IMG/VR virus record: IMGVR_UViG_3300018424_000004
DNA from: a virus
Strand: one strand, 5' to 3'
Length of the DNA: 32,535 nt
Part shown: positions 21,915 to 31,580 of the stretch, piece after piece
Layout: every line of letters starts with the position of its first letter
Numbering within the stretch: the stretch's first letter is position 1
The notes under the pieces: model-generated
Databases searched by the model: none
What the model saw: only the letters and a program-made list of their open reading frames with translations
What the model was told of the DNA's origin: nothing
Program-made: the position numbers and the translations under genes

Positions 21915-23422
21915 TGTATTCAGTATCGAAGTCTCTGCCCCCGCCTGTAGGAGGATGGGACGCAAGAAACGCGCTCGCGGACATGCCGGAAGAAAACGCG
22001 GTTATTTTAGACAATTGGTTTCCATCAACCGATAAAGTGACGGTGAGGAACGGGTACTCATCTCACGCTACAGGCATGAGCGGCTCAGTTGAAAGTATTC
22101 TGGAATATACTTCGGTTTCCGGGAGCGCAAAAATATTCGCGGCGAATGACGGCAAGATTTATGATGTATCCTCTGCGGGAGCCGTAGGTGCGGCGGCGGT
22201 TTCCGGGCTGTCTAATAATAGATTTCAGTCAGTTCAAATCGGAACGTCTGGCGGGCAGTTTCTTTTAATTATGAACGGGGCCGATACGCCGAGAACATAC
22301 AACGGTTCGGCCTGGGCCAACGCAACGATGAGTGGCCCGACGATTGCCAATCTTATTTGGTGCAATCTTCACCAACGAAGACTCTGGTTCGGTGAGGAAG
22401 ACAGTTTATCGGCTTGGTATTTAGCGGTTAACTCCATTACAGGGACCGCAGTAGAATTTCCGTTAGCGGGGCTTGCTTCGCTTGGTGGATATATTATGGC
22501 GATGGGAACGTGGACTCGGGACGCGGGAGATGGCTCGGATGATGTTGCCGTGTTTATTACCTCAGAGGGCGAGGTTATCGCTTATCAGGGTACGGACCCA
22601 TCTGCCGCCGCAACGTGGGCGCTTGTCGGCGTGTTTAGAATCGGTAAACCTATCGGCAGGCGGTGCATGATTAAGGCGGGCGCTGATTTAATTATCATCA
22701 CTCAAGACGGTTTTATATCATTATCAAGTGTTATCGGGGCGGATCGGTCGCAAACCGGCAGGGTCGCGATATCGTCTCAGATTGATAAAGCTGTTAACGA
22801 CGCGGTTCAATCGACGGCAAGTACCTATGGCTGGCAGCCGATATTATACCCTAAAGGCACGATGTTGATTTTCAATGTCCCGCAAGCGGGCGGGACATAT
22901 CACCAATATGTTTTCAACACTATCACAAACGCGCCATGTAGATTTACGGGGATAGGCGCAGTATGTTGGGGCCTATTAAACGACGATGCTTATTTTGGCG
23001 GAACGGACGGGACCGTTTATAAATTCGATTCGGGGACTTCAGATAACGGAACGAATATCGAGGCAGACGCCCTGCAGGCGTTTAGCTACTTCGGATCGCC
23101 AGGCAGGAAAAAGGCTTTTAAACTTGTTGAGCCCATTTTCCAGGGTGCCGGTAGTCCTAACGCCGCACTTGAACTTAATACGGATTTTTCGATAGAAGCA
23201 CCCTCGGCTGTTGCTTCCGCTTCAGCGTCAAACGGGGCGTTGTGGGGGACTGATTTATGGGGGACCGGGCTTTGGGGCTCGGCAGATGAGGTTTATAAGG
23301 GTTGGCGGGGTGTTAGGGGGATTGGTCGCGCCGCTTCCCTGAGAATTCGCATCAATACGACGACGACAATTCCGTCTTGGATTTCCACCAACTTTATATA
23401 TGTTCCGGGGGGGCAGATTTGA
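21914..23422 (+). CDS. Tail hub protein, P22 gp10-like candidate
   Basis: About 500 aa with beta-propeller-like repeats. The C-terminal KGWRGVRGIGRAASLRIRINTTT resembles the P22 gp10 WKRVGRIRRLIGFKLRVITKS. Confidence 0.45.
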   Translation: MYSVSKSLPPPVGGWDARNALADMPEENAVILDNWFPSTDKVTVRNGYSSHATGMSGSVESILEYTSVSGSAKIFAANDGKIYDVSSAGAVGAAAVSGLSNNRFQSVQIGTSGGQFLLIMNGADTPRTYNGSAWANATMSGPTIANLIWCNLHQRRLWFGEEDSLSAWYLAVNSITGTAVEFPLAGLASLGGYIMAMGTWTRDAGDGSDDVAVFITSEGEVIAYQGTDPSAAATWALVGVFRIGKPIGRRCMIKAGADLIIITQDGFISLSSVIGADRSQTGRVAISSQIDKAVNDAVQSTASTYGWQPILYPKGTMLIFNVPQAGGTYHQYVFNTITNAPCRFTGIGAVCWGLLNDDAYFGGTDGTVYKFDSGTSDNGTNIEADALQAFSYFGSPGRKKAFKLVEPIFQGAGSPNAALELNTDFSIEAPSAVASASASNGALWGTDLWGTGLWGSADEVYKGWRGVRGIGRAASLRIRINTTTTIPSWISTNFIYVPGGQI

Positions 23423-23859
23423 GTGGCCTTATATACGGTTGCGACGATCAGGTTAAGAATTGGGTCAAAGAGAGAATAGACTTCATCCCGAATATTGATT
23501 TCGGACCCTCAACGGCAATCGGTGTCGCTACGGATAGCAAGTTGATCGCCGGGGTTGTCTATCACGAATATCAAAAGAATTTTCGCACCATACAATTAAG
23601 TATGGCGGCGGATAGCCCGATATGGGCGACAAAACGGAACATAGCCGGTTTACTAGGCTATCCGTTCATTCATTTAAATGTTTTCAAGGCGTGGATCGCG
23701 ACTCCCCTTAAGAGCCGCCACGCCCTAAAGACGTTTTTTCACGTTGGTTTTAAACAAGAGGCGGTTCTCGGTAGCGAGTTCGGCCCCGGCAATCATTGCG
23801 TAAGGGCGAAAATGGAATTGCCGGTCTACAAGCGACTTTATGGGAAATATTATGGGTAA
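23419..23859 (+). CDS. GNAT-fold (RimJ/RimL-like) acetyltransferase candidate
   Basis: IAGVVYHEY...NIAGLLGYPFIHLNVFKAWIATPLKSRHALKTFFHVGFKQEAVL resembles an Acetyltransf_3-type core. Start is TTG 23419 (TTGA overlap) or TTG 23377. Confidence 0.4.
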   Translation: MSGLIYGCDDQVKNWVKERIDFIPNIDFGPSTAIGVATDSKLIAGVVYHEYQKNFRTIQLSMAADSPIWATKRNIAGLLGYPFIHLNVFKAWIATPLKSRHALKTFFHVGFKQEAVLGSEFGPGNHCVRAKMELPVYKRLYGKYYG

Positions 23860-24721
23860 GAAATCACAACCCGCACAGCCGGACCCGGCTGCAACCGCGC
23901 AGGCTCAGGCGGCCTACAATAAAGACGCCGCGATTACACAAAACGAAATCAACATGATTAACCAGTCAACGCCATACGGGTCGTTGACGTATGAGCAAAC
24001 CGGCAAGTCCGAATACGGAACGCCGCAATACACGGCCAAGCAAGAATTATCCCCGGAGCAACAGCAGCTTTATGATTTAACATCTCAAGCGGGGATTAAG
24101 TACGGTCAAACGGCGAACAATCAGCTTGATAGCGTTTCCGGGGCGTTATCGAGCCCGCTTAATTTTGGTTCGCTAGGTGCGGCTCCCCAAGCTAATGAGG
24201 ACGTCAGAGGCTCGGTTGCGGATAGTCTTTACCAGCGCATTGACCCTCAATTACAAAGGGATGAGGCGGCGCTTCAAACGCAACTGGCTAATCAGGGGAT
24301 TATGATCGGTTCCGATGCTTACAATTCGGAAATGGATAGATTCGCCCGGCAAAAGAACGATTTAAGGCTAGGTATTGACGCGCAGGCAGGCGATGAAATG
24401 GCCCGCATGTACGGCCTGGAGTCTGCGGCCAGGAACCAAAACATCAATGAAATGCTTCAGCAACGAAGCGTTCCGATTAACGAATTGGCGGCGATGATTT
24501 CGGGCGCTCAGGTTCAAAACCCGTCATTCACCAATACGCCACAAGCGGGCGTTGCGGCTCCCGACTACCTCGGCGCGACATATCAGGGATACAATACGGC
24601 ATCGCAAGCCGCTAACGCACAAACACAGGGCATGTACGGGTTATTGGGGGCGGGTACTCAGGGGTATTTATACGGCGCTGGTAGGCAGGGCAGTTTTAAT
24701 CCGTTTAAGTGGGGAAAATAG
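23840..24721 (+). CDS. Internal virion / ejection protein candidate (Q/A/G-rich)
   Basis: Composition and position (after the hub, before the fibre) resemble the P22 gp7/gp20/gp16 region. Confidence 0.45.
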   Translation: MGNIMGKKSQPAQPDPAATAQAQAAYNKDAAITQNEINMINQSTPYGSLTYEQTGKSEYGTPQYTAKQELSPEQQQLYDLTSQAGIKYGQTANNQLDSVSGALSSPLNFGSLGAAPQANEDVRGSVADSLYQRIDPQLQRDEAALQTQLANQGIMIGSDAYNSEMDRFARQKNDLRLGIDAQAGDEMARMYGLESAARNQNINEMLQQRSVPINELAAMISGAQVQNPSFTNTPQAGVAAPDYLGATYQGYNTASQAANAQTQGMYGLLGAGTQGYLYGAGRQGSFNPFKWGK

Positions 24722-25972
24722 ATGAGCAGACGCGCATTAGCACTCTCGGGACAGTTTCGTGACGCTCCCGTTTTGTCGTCTAACAGCCGGTTTTTAAAGT
24801 TGCTACTGGCTAACAATAAGGGATTGAATAACGGGACAACTACAGGCGGGATCGCTCACGCTCTTAATATGGGCCTACAGGGCTATATTCAGGGGGCGGA
24901 TGCGAGAGACTTTCAAGAGGCCAATAGAGCGTTCAGTAAAGGTTCTGGATTACAGCACCTACCCGAAGGCGTTCAAGGCCCTCCAAGTCCAGGAACGCCA
25001 GAAACGGCTATAAACGCCTTAAACCCCCTTGTTGAAGGCGGCAATGAATACGCCGGACGGCTGGCCCGTTCTTTAATGTTCGATCAAATGAACAGGCAGC
25101 GGGAAATCGCGGATCGGGACGACGCGAGGGGGTATAAAGGTGAAATGGCCGATAAACAGCACCAGCGGGCCATTGAATTAAAGAAAATGGATTACGCTAA
25201 TCGAATCCCCAGAGTTCCCGGGACTATAAAAACAGGGGAAGGCGTGTTCTTACAAAACCCGGATGGGTCCCGTGGTGTTCGCCTTGGTAGTGTTCCAAAA
25301 GCGGCATCAACTAGCGTCAACATGCCGCCTATGGAAAAAGAAGAACAAAAAAAGTACGGCGACCTATTGGTTAAAAGGGAAGGCGCTGTTTATGAGGCGT
25401 CTGACAGCGCCAGAAAAACAAAAGCCTATTTAGGGATGGCAAAAAAGATTGTTTCAGACCCGAGAGCGGTGCCGTCAAACCTAGCTAATGTCTTGGGTTC
25501 AACGGCTAACATGCTAGGGGTTCCAATGCCGAAAGGTTTTGAGTCTAGGGTAACAACGGGCCAAGCCTTTGAAGGATTGATGGGTAATATTTTAGCGGAG
25601 AAACTCGCCGCTCAAAAAGGTCCGCAAACCGACAAGGACGCGGATCGCATGGCGCAGACGTTGGCTACCCTTAAAAACACACCCCAGGCCAAAATATTCT
25701 TGCTTGATGCGGCGAGTGCTTTAGCAAATAGGGATATTAAAAAGGCGGACTTTTATAGAAACTGGCGGGCAAACCCGGCTAATAAAGGGTCGATTGCCGG
25801 GGCTGAAAAGGCTTGGAATGAGAAGATCAGCAAGGTTCCCTTATTTGGTGTTAACAAAAATTCAAACCTTCCCGTCTTTTACGATCAATTTATGGATGCG
25901 GCAAAACAGGCTAATCCCGGCATGACCAATGAAGAAATTGAGGCGCAGTGGGTAAAACGCTATGGCGGATAA
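24722..25972 (+). CDS. Internal virion / ejection protein candidate
   Basis: Gene order only; no enzymatic motif recognised. Confidence 0.4.
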   Translation: MSRRALALSGQFRDAPVLSSNSRFLKLLLANNKGLNNGTTTGGIAHALNMGLQGYIQGADARDFQEANRAFSKGSGLQHLPEGVQGPPSPGTPETAINALNPLVEGGNEYAGRLARSLMFDQMNRQREIADRDDARGYKGEMADKQHQRAIELKKMDYANRIPRVPGTIKTGEGVFLQNPDGSRGVRLGSVPKAASTSVNMPPMEKEEQKKYGDLLVKREGAVYEASDSARKTKAYLGMAKKIVSDPRAVPSNLANVLGSTANMLGVPMPKGFESRVTTGQAFEGLMGNILAEKLAAQKGPQTDKDADRMAQTLATLKNTPQAKIFLLDAASALANRDIKKADFYRNWRANPANKGSIAGAEKAWNEKISKVPLFGVNKNSNLPVFYDQFMDAAKQANPGMTNEEIEAQWVKRYGG

Positions 25973-27884
25973 CTTTGTAGACCCGTTCGACTCAGGGTCA
26001 CCGCAGGCACCCCAACCGGCAGGCGGCCAATTTAATGACCCTTTCGACAATCCCCGACAGAGGGCAAGTATACCAATGCCCGATGAGCCCGACCAATGGA
26101 GTGTCGGGAATGTTCTCAGGCAATCTTTGGGCCAGGGGCTTGCTCTAGGTTTCGGGGATGAGATAGAGGGGCTTGTTCGTGGTGTTTACGAGGCCGCGAC
26201 GACCGGGGGAAGTTACAAAGATGCCATAAATAAAGGAATTGATTACGCCAGAGCCCAAAATAAGGCTTTTGAAGAGCAAAACCCCAAGTCAGCTCTAGCC
26301 TTACAGATTGGCGGCGGACTTCTAACGGGCGTTGCTGGCGGCGCTCGCGCTTTATCAGCGAAGGGCCTGACAATGGGCCAGAAAGTGATGAGGGGCGCGG
26401 GTGTCGGTGGTGGTGTCGGTGGCGTCACCGGGGCGGGCACGGCAGAAGGCGGCGTTACAGAACGTGCCCTTCCAGCGGCAAGCGGTGCGGTTTTGGGGGC
26501 TACGGTGGGGGCGGCAATCCCCGTTGCCGCTGCTGGCGGTAAAAAAGTGTACAACGCCGCAACTCGGATGATTCCCGGCGGGGCAAATCGCCAAGCCAAA
26601 AACCTATTGAGAAATATTGCCGATGAGGATGGGCTAACACCACAAACCATTGAACGGCGTCTTTCGGGTATGGGTGATGAGTCGGTTATAGCGGATGTTG
26701 GTGGGCAAAACACCAGGGATCTTGCCCGGTATTCTGCCAATAAGTTTGGCGGGAAGCAGGCCCAAGAAATGCTCCGCGATAGAAATGTTGGACAGGGACC
26801 GAGAATCGCGCAGGCCGTGAATAAGGATTTATCGGATGTTCCGCTTGATGATTATATTGAGCAGGTCGGCAAGTCTCGGCGGGCTATGGCGAATAAAGAT
26901 TATGGGCATATTTACGATGCCGAGATAGAATTAACGCCAGAGCTTAAAAAATTCATGGAGAATAAGGCGGTTCAAAAAGCGTATGGGGCCGCCAAGGATA
27001 TTGCGGACGCGGACGGCGTTGATTTGCCGCCATTGTTCCAGCAGTTAGATGGTGGCGTTTCGTACTTAAAGCCAAACATGAGGACGCTCGACTATATCAA
27101 GCAATCTTTAGACGATATGGTTGATTCGTCTTACAGGGGCTCAAGTCCCAAGCCCAAATTAGGCAACGCTCTAAAGAATTTACGCGATGATTTTAGAGAC
27201 CACCTAGATGAGCTAGTCCCTGAATATGCCCAGGTCCGGTCTACGTATGCCGGTCACTCTGCTTCAATGGAAGCGGCGGAACTTGGTTCGAAGTTTATTA
27301 TGACCCCTCGATCTGTTAGCGCGAACACTATTAAAAAGATGGGAGAACACGAAAGAGAGTCCTTTCTTGTCGGTGTTGCGGATGCGCTAAAGTACAAGGT
27401 TTTATCGGCTCCCGATGGCGCGGATGCAACCAAGAGAATCTTTGGCAACCATCTTGCTCGAGAGCGCCTAAAGGCCGCTTTTGGCGGGAATGAAAAAGCC
27501 TATAAAAATTTCGAAAAAACAATTCTCAATGAAGTTTCAATGGCGGAAACAAACGCCTCTGTCAATATAGGGTCAAGAACGACGCCTATGGCGATGGACG
27601 AAGGGACGTTCGGCAAGGCTGCTGAATATATTGGCGATGCAACACTAGCGGCAAAGGGTAGCCCGATTCATGCATTAAGTATAATCGGTAGGGCAACGGA
27701 ATCCTTAAAGGCCCCACCGGAGGCTGTCGCCAAGAAATTAACTAGATTGCTTTTGTCGCAAAGCCCGGCAGATAAACAAATGGCTATGGATATTCTTAAA
27801 AAGGGGCCGACTGTCGGGGGGAAATACAGTCGGTTTTTACTAGCACCGACCACGGCTGGCGGGGGCTATTTATCCGGCAGGTAG
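25962..27884 (+). CDS. Large internal virion / ejection protein candidate with a Gly-rich membrane-active segment
   Basis: GGGLLTGVAGGARAL...GAGVGGGVGGVTGAGTAEGG...GATVGAAIPVAAAGG is a glycine-zipper-like region. It is the largest protein of the trio. Confidence 0.45.
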   Translation: MADNFVDPFDSGSPQAPQPAGGQFNDPFDNPRQRASIPMPDEPDQWSVGNVLRQSLGQGLALGFGDEIEGLVRGVYEAATTGGSYKDAINKGIDYARAQNKAFEEQNPKSALALQIGGGLLTGVAGGARALSAKGLTMGQKVMRGAGVGGGVGGVTGAGTAEGGVTERALPAASGAVLGATVGAAIPVAAAGGKKVYNAATRMIPGGANRQAKNLLRNIADEDGLTPQTIERRLSGMGDESVIADVGGQNTRDLARYSANKFGGKQAQEMLRDRNVGQGPRIAQAVNKDLSDVPLDDYIEQVGKSRRAMANKDYGHIYDAEIELTPELKKFMENKAVQKAYGAAKDIADADGVDLPPLFQQLDGGVSYLKPNMRTLDYIKQSLDDMVDSSYRGSSPKPKLGNALKNLRDDFRDHLDELVPEYAQVRSTYAGHSASMEAAELGSKFIMTPRSVSANTIKKMGEHERESFLVGVADALKYKVLSAPDGADATKRIFGNHLARERLKAAFGGNEKAYKNFEKTILNEVSMAETNASVNIGSRTTPMAMDEGTFGKAAEYIGDATLAAKGSPIHALSIIGRATESLKAPPEAVAKKLTRLLLSQSPADKQMAMDILKKGPTVGGKYSRFLLAPTTAGGGYLSGR

Positions 27885-27885
27885 G

Positions 27886-28071
27886 TTATTTAAGGAATCC
27901 ATATAGCCCTAGCCCGAGAATTGATAGCGGGACAAGGAATAGGATATAAACGTCAGCACCGGCGTCTTTTTCGTCCTTAACCCGAGACACTTTATATATA
28001 CCACAAATAAACATGGCGGTTAGGAGATTGGCGGCCAGAACCGCTATTAGCGTAGGCATAATTTGCTGCAT
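27886..28071 (-). CDS. Two-TM small membrane protein encoded antisense within the late operon (moron-like)
   Basis: MQQIMPTLIAVLAANLLTAMFICGIYKV...VYILFLVPLSILGLGLYGFLK. It exactly fills the only plus-strand coding gap in the late region. No RBS, but it has its own promoter. Confidence 0.55.
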   Translation of the reverse strand: MQQIMPTLIAVLAANLLTAMFICGIYKVSRVKDEKDAGADVYILFLVPLSILGLGLYGFLK

Positions 28072-28077
28072 ATCTGC

Positions 28078-28106
28078 ATATTAGCGAATAATCTGACAAA
28101 TTTCAA
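28078..28106 (-). promoter_or_regulatory. Promoter for the antisense membrane-protein gene, predicted leaderless
   Basis: On the minus strand: TTGAAA (28106-28101), 17 nt spacer, TAATAT (28083-28078), 6 nt, then the ATG at 28071. Confidence 0.5.
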
Positions 28107-28155
28107 ATAAAACACCCCCGCCGTGAGGCGGCACAGCCCTAAGATGGAGTAATAC

Positions 28156-29373
28156 ATGGCTTTTGACGGCTCAGGCGGCTTTTCCCGTCCGGTTTCCTCA
28201 TATACATCAGGAACGGTAATAGACCAAGACAGCGTTAATTCCGAGATGGACGGCATCGCCACGGGTTTATCGACGTGCATCACGAAAGACGGGCAAACGA
28301 CCGTATCCGCTAATATCCCGATGAATAGCAAAAAGTTTACGGGCTTAACAACCGGCTCCTCTGCGAGCGATAGCCTTAATTTAGGCCAAGCGCAGGCCGA
28401 GGCTTATACATGGTGTGGCACGGCGGGCGGTACGGCGGACGCGATTACATTAACACCAACTCCCGCAATTTCGGCCTATGCAGCCGGACAACGGTTCGTT
28501 TGGATCGCTGGCGCAAGCCCAAATACAGGAGCCGCTACCGTCAATATTTCAGGCCTTGGTACTAAAGCACTCCAGAACGATGGCGCGGCATTGGCTGCGG
28601 GGGATCACGCCGCGAATAAGATGTATATGGGGATTTACGACGGGACACAGTTCCAAATTCAGCGGTTTCGACTGGAGCCCGCAGCTTCCGATACTACCTC
28701 GGGTATTGTCGAATTAGCGACAACCGCAGAAACGACCACAGGAACAGACACAACTCGCGCCGTTACACCTGATGGCCTTCACGATATGACCTCTTTGTCT
28801 GGCGCGGCTTGGATGCTTGATGAAGATGATATGTCCTCCGATAGCGCAACGAAGGTTGCCTCTCAACAATCAATAAAAGCATACGTTGATACCTACGCAG
28901 TGCCTACATTAAGCACCGCGCAAGCGTCAACATCCGGGACGGAGATAGATTTTACATCGATTCCTTCATGGGTTAAGGAAATAAATATCCTTCTTTCGGG
29001 CGTTTCTCTTTCAGGCACCGACGATTTGTTGGTGCAAATAGGCGATTCGGGCGGCTTTGAAACATCCTCTTATGTTTCACAATCATTTGAATCGAACGGC
29101 GGGGCTGCTGTTGCCACTGGAACATCCACATCTGGGTTTATTGTAAATGCAGTTGGCGCTTCGGGCGCGGCAACGGGTGTGATAACGCTGCGCTTAATGA
29201 ACTCTTCAACAAACTTGTGGATCGAGGACCATTCAGTTACCTATGGCACTGCCGGGACTTCTTCTAGGGGCGCGGGTTCTAAGGCACTTAGCGCCGCCCT
29301 TGATCGCGTTAGGATTACAAGAACAGGCACAGACACATTCGACGCCGGTTCAATCAATATCCAGTACAAATAA
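28156..29373 (+). CDS. Tail fibre protein
   Basis: GGAG RBS. The N-terminal FSRPVSSYTSGTVIDQDSVNSEMDGIATGLSTCITKDGQT and the internal SGIVELATTAETTTGTDTTRAVTPDGL are classical fibre motifs. Confidence 0.7.
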   Translation: MAFDGSGGFSRPVSSYTSGTVIDQDSVNSEMDGIATGLSTCITKDGQTTVSANIPMNSKKFTGLTTGSSASDSLNLGQAQAEAYTWCGTAGGTADAITLTPTPAISAYAAGQRFVWIAGASPNTGAATVNISGLGTKALQNDGAALAAGDHAANKMYMGIYDGTQFQIQRFRLEPAASDTTSGIVELATTAETTTGTDTTRAVTPDGLHDMTSLSGAAWMLDEDDMSSDSATKVASQQSIKAYVDTYAVPTLSTAQASTSGTEIDFTSIPSWVKEINILLSGVSLSGTDDLLVQIGDSGGFETSSYVSQSFESNGGAAVATGTSTSGFIVNAVGASGAATGVITLRLMNSSTNLWIEDHSVTYGTAGTSSRGAGSKALSAALDRVRITRTGTDTFDAGSINIQYK

Positions 29374-29400
29374 ATGGAGCGCACAGGCGAAGGAAGACGG

Positions 29401-29745
29401 ATGGGTACTATCACTGAAGATCAAATCATCCGTATAGCAGACGAAACGGCAGACCGGGCTGTTCGGAAATTTGCCTTTGGATTTGGGATAAACGCATCTG
29501 AGCCGATTGAAGTTCAAAAGGATATGGCCTTCCTTCGGAAAAAGAGGGTCTGCCACGATACGGGCGAACCGGCAATGGATAAGATGTGGGTTCGGAAGAA
29601 AAGAACTCAGGAAGAAACACAAAAGCCGTTCGTAAAAAGAACATTCATAGGTGCGATTATTGTTGCTGCTGTCTCCGGTATTTGGACGATTGCAAAGGGT
29701 GTTTGGGCGGCAATTGTTCCGTACATCCATTCAATACCAAAATGA
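29401..29745 (+). CDS. C-terminally membrane-anchored small protein (function unknown; holin-like possibility)
   Basis: ATG at 29401 after GGAAGACGG. The basic middle (RKKRV, RKKRTQEE) is followed by a TM segment, FIGAIIVAAVSGIWTIAKGVWAAIV. Confidence 0.45.
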   Translation: MGTITEDQIIRIADETADRAVRKFAFGFGINASEPIEVQKDMAFLRKKRVCHDTGEPAMDKMWVRKKRTQEETQKPFVKRTFIGAIIVAAVSGIWTIAKGVWAAIVPYIHSIPK

Positions 29746-29785
29746 TTACCTGACAGCGATGTTAAGTTTTTTAATGGGGGTATTT

Positions 29786-30124
29786 ATGCGCTATCTATTC
29801 GCTGTGGTTCTTTGTGCTTTTCTTTCGCCCCCGGTTCACGCTTTTGAACGTGGCGATATGGTGACGTTTCATTTTTTCTGCAAGGATTTAGGTGCAGCGG
29901 TCACGATAGCGAAGGCGCACGATGAAGATGATGGCGCTTTAGAAAAAACAATAATAACCTTTGTCCGCCGTGAAATGTGCGGATTTTCGCAAGCCCCGAT
30001 CACAGCAATAATCGGTGATCGGCTTTTTACCCGTAAGAATCAGGGCGACATTGAAGTCTGGAATATCCAGGGGGCGCAAGAGTTTTACGCCTTGTTTCCG
30101 CGCGAGGAAAAGGACCCAGTTTGA
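29786..30124 (+). CDS. Secreted/periplasmic small protein (Sec signal peptide)
   Basis: GGGGG, 5 nt, then ATG at 29786. MRYLFAVVLCAFLSPPVHA|FE has a signal-peptide-like n/h/c organisation with AxA-like VHA. Confidence 0.5.
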   Translation: MRYLFAVVLCAFLSPPVHAFERGDMVTFHFFCKDLGAAVTIAKAHDEDDGALEKTIITFVRREMCGFSQAPITAIIGDRLFTRKNQGDIEVWNIQGAQEFYALFPREEKDPV

Positions 30125-30342
30125 TGGATGAGGAAGAAGAAGACGGCAGCTTCTTCCCATCTCACCTTACCGGATACTTATACACAAACAGCGTTAGGCC
30201 CGATGAAGCTAGGCGGATTTTGTGTATTTATGCCGCAACCGTCTTAATGGGTACGGGTTCGGAAGACACATTAAGTGTTGCAAGATCCATAGAAATGTAT
30301 ATTAAGGGTGAAGAAAAGCCGAAACTTCAAAAGGTTAAGTAA
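30121..30342 (+). CDS. Hypothetical protein with an acidic N-terminus
   Basis: ATGA-coupled ORF of 73 aa. Confidence 0.45.
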   Translation: MMDEEEEDGSFFPSHLTGYLYTNSVRPDEARRILCIYAATVLMGTGSEDTLSVARSIEMYIKGEEKPKLQKVK

Positions 30343-30360
30343 ACAACTTGGAGTCTCCGT

Positions 30361-31311
30361 ATGAAGGCCAAGTGTGATGAAAAGCGTTTTATTGAACTAA
30401 TTACGACAATCGGCCCCGCAAGAACGTCTGAGCAGTTAGATTGTTCTGTGCGAAGTGTATACAGGCGGCGGCGAAAGATCGAGGAAAGATTGGGGGTTAA
30501 ACTCCCCTCCCCTCAAGAAAAGTCTGATTTATCAGAAATCTGCATCCCCACAGAATATCCACAAAGAATACAGGCCACGATAGAGAATGGTGTTGTCCTT
30601 GTAGGGTCTGATTCACACTATTGGCCGGACCTTATTACTCCGGCGCATAAGGGCTTTGTGGTCTTATGTAAGAAACTAAAACCTCGAATTGTTATAAAAA
30701 ACGGGGATGAGTTTGACGGGGCGAGTATATCCCGCCATCCTAAGATCGGTTGGGAAGATGTGCCGTCAGTACATGACGAATTAGAAACCGTTCGCAAGAG
30801 GTTGAACGAAATCAAAAGAGCCGCTCCTGATGCTGATTTTATGTGGCCGCTTGGAAACCATGACGCGCGGTTTGAAACGCGATTAGCTACGGTTGCGAGT
30901 GAATTTGAAAAGGTTCGGGGCGTTCATTTGCAAGACCACTTCCCGGACTTTGCGCCTTGTTGGTCTGTGTGGATCAATGACGAGGTAATTATAAAGCACA
31001 GATATAAGGGCGGGGAACATGCCGCATTTAATAATGTCGTAAAATCAGGGAAAACCATTGTCACGGGTCATGTGCATAGGCTTTTAGTGAGGCCGTTCCA
31101 TGATTATAATGGTGTAAGGTATGGCGTTGAGTGTGGTACGTTGGCGGATAACTTCGGGCCTCAGTTTGTGAATTACACCGAAGACAACCCAACGGATTGG
31201 CAATCGGGGTTTGCTGTTCTTACGTTCAAGGATGGGAAATTGCTGCCGCCTGAATTAGCCCACGTTTATGGCGATAAGATAGCGTTTCGCGGGGAGTTGA
31301 TTGACGTATGA
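30361..31311 (+). CDS. HTH-fused calcineurin-like metallophosphoesterase
   Basis: N-terminal HTH (SEQLDCSVRSVYRRRRKIEERLG). Metallophosphoesterase motifs appear in order: GSDSHYW (DxH), GDEFDG (GDxxD), GNHD (GNH[DE]), GHVH. Confidence 0.75.
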   Translation: MKAKCDEKRFIELITTIGPARTSEQLDCSVRSVYRRRRKIEERLGVKLPSPQEKSDLSEICIPTEYPQRIQATIENGVVLVGSDSHYWPDLITPAHKGFVVLCKKLKPRIVIKNGDEFDGASISRHPKIGWEDVPSVHDELETVRKRLNEIKRAAPDADFMWPLGNHDARFETRLATVASEFEKVRGVHLQDHFPDFAPCWSVWINDEVIIKHRYKGGEHAAFNNVVKSGKTIVTGHVHRLLVRPFHDYNGVRYGVECGTLADNFGPQFVNYTEDNPTDWQSGFAVLTFKDGKLLPPELAHVYGDKIAFRGELIDV

Positions 31312-31580
31312 TTGAGCCAAAAATAATTCTTAATAATGCGACATCGGCTATTTACGGCGATAGGCACGAAACACACGGCAGCTTTAGAGAGTGTTTCGAT
31401 TTACAGGCAAAGTTAATTTCTGCTTATTTGGGTGTGGAGGTAACGCCGGTAGATGTTTGCATGATTATGGACCTTGTGAAGACGGCCAGAATTAAATCAG
31501 GCAAGCCAATTAAGGACCACTTTGTTGACAAAGCCGGATATTCGGCCCTTGCTGCCGGGGTTATTGATGAAGATGAATGA
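31308..31580 (+). CDS. DUF6378-like small protein
   Basis: IYGDRHETHGSF...VTPVDVCMIMDLVKTARIKSG...DHFVDKAGYSALAA matches the pattern I associate with DUF6378 phage proteins. The start is ATGA-coupled. Confidence 0.45.
   Translation: MIEPKIILNNATSAIYGDRHETHGSFRECFDLQAKLISAYLGVEVTPVDVCMIMDLVKTARIKSGKPIKDHFVDKAGYSALAAGVIDEDE

Noticed and set aside
28118-28131. CCGCC-GTGA-GGCGG hairpin upstream of the fibre gene, considered as a terminator
   Set aside because: It has only a 5-bp stem. No T-run follows it on the plus strand. On the minus strand the T-rich tail merges with the -35 of the antisense promoter and it precedes rather than follows that gene. It may be a 5' stabilising structure at most.
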